This document shows positions 63,843 through 64,000 of a DNA stretch of 64,000 bases, one piece after another. Position 1 is the stretch's first letter. Each line of letters starts with the position of its first letter. Origin of the DNA: Haliotis cracherodii (taxonomy: Eukaryota). The translations under genes and the position numbers were made by a program. The stretch covers positions 25,172,001 to 25,236,000 of the forward strand of contig NW_027266330.1 in the NCBI RefSeq assembly GCF_022045235.1, given 5' to 3'. Below the pieces are notes generated by a model. That model searched no databases. It saw nothing but the letters and a program-made list of their open reading frames with translations, and was not told the origin of the DNA.

Positions 63843-63966
63843 ATTAATACATCAAACGGGAAGGAGGATGGTTTCAATTATTTCAACAGCAAAGACTTTC
63901 TGCGCCCGCAGTTACAGCAGACAAGAGAACATATCACTGACATTAAGCGTCACTACATGAGCAAAG
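63843..63966 (+). CDS. Exon paralogous to 59337-59457 (start of a repeated module or of a gene duplicate)
   Basis: INTSNGKEDGFNYFNSKDFLRPQLQQTREHITDIKRHYMSK-G; same 0-to-1 phases and the NSKDF.RP.L....E.IT.IK.H...KG pattern. Confidence 0.72.
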
Positions 63967-64000
63967 GTACACTGTTTCTTTTCTTTGGGTAAACATGTTA

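Overview
Eukaryotic, AT-rich, TE-dense animal genomic DNA. The MetaSINE/V-SINE and HINE families point to a mollusc, probably a gastropod such as abalone (inference). Left part: a DIRS1-type tyrosine-recombinase retrotransposon (4062-13820) whose ORFs are split by three younger insertions (Kolobok-like element, near-intact Gypsy/Mag LTR element, MITE). It sits directly upstream of a degenerate Polinton/adintovirus-type penton gene and downstream of a tRNA-like/inverted-repeat/46-bp-array module. Next come a decayed Sola2-like transposase, in which a 58-bp piece of coding sequence is amplified to 49 copies, and a Tc1 element. Right part: a multi-exon Schlafen-like host gene with a putative LIM-half zinc-finger first exon (25824-25912), a Schlafen core with a coiled-coil insertion (57243-58625), a degenerate P-loop module, and the start of a second copy of that module. 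Its putative ~31-kb first intron holds a TSD-supported stack (MetaSINE > Sola2-like > hAT > I/Nimb LINE > DIRS) and a 10.8-kb 51-bp satellite. No CRISPR, rRNA or canonical tRNA was seen. All calls come from reading the sequence by eye; no database searches were run.
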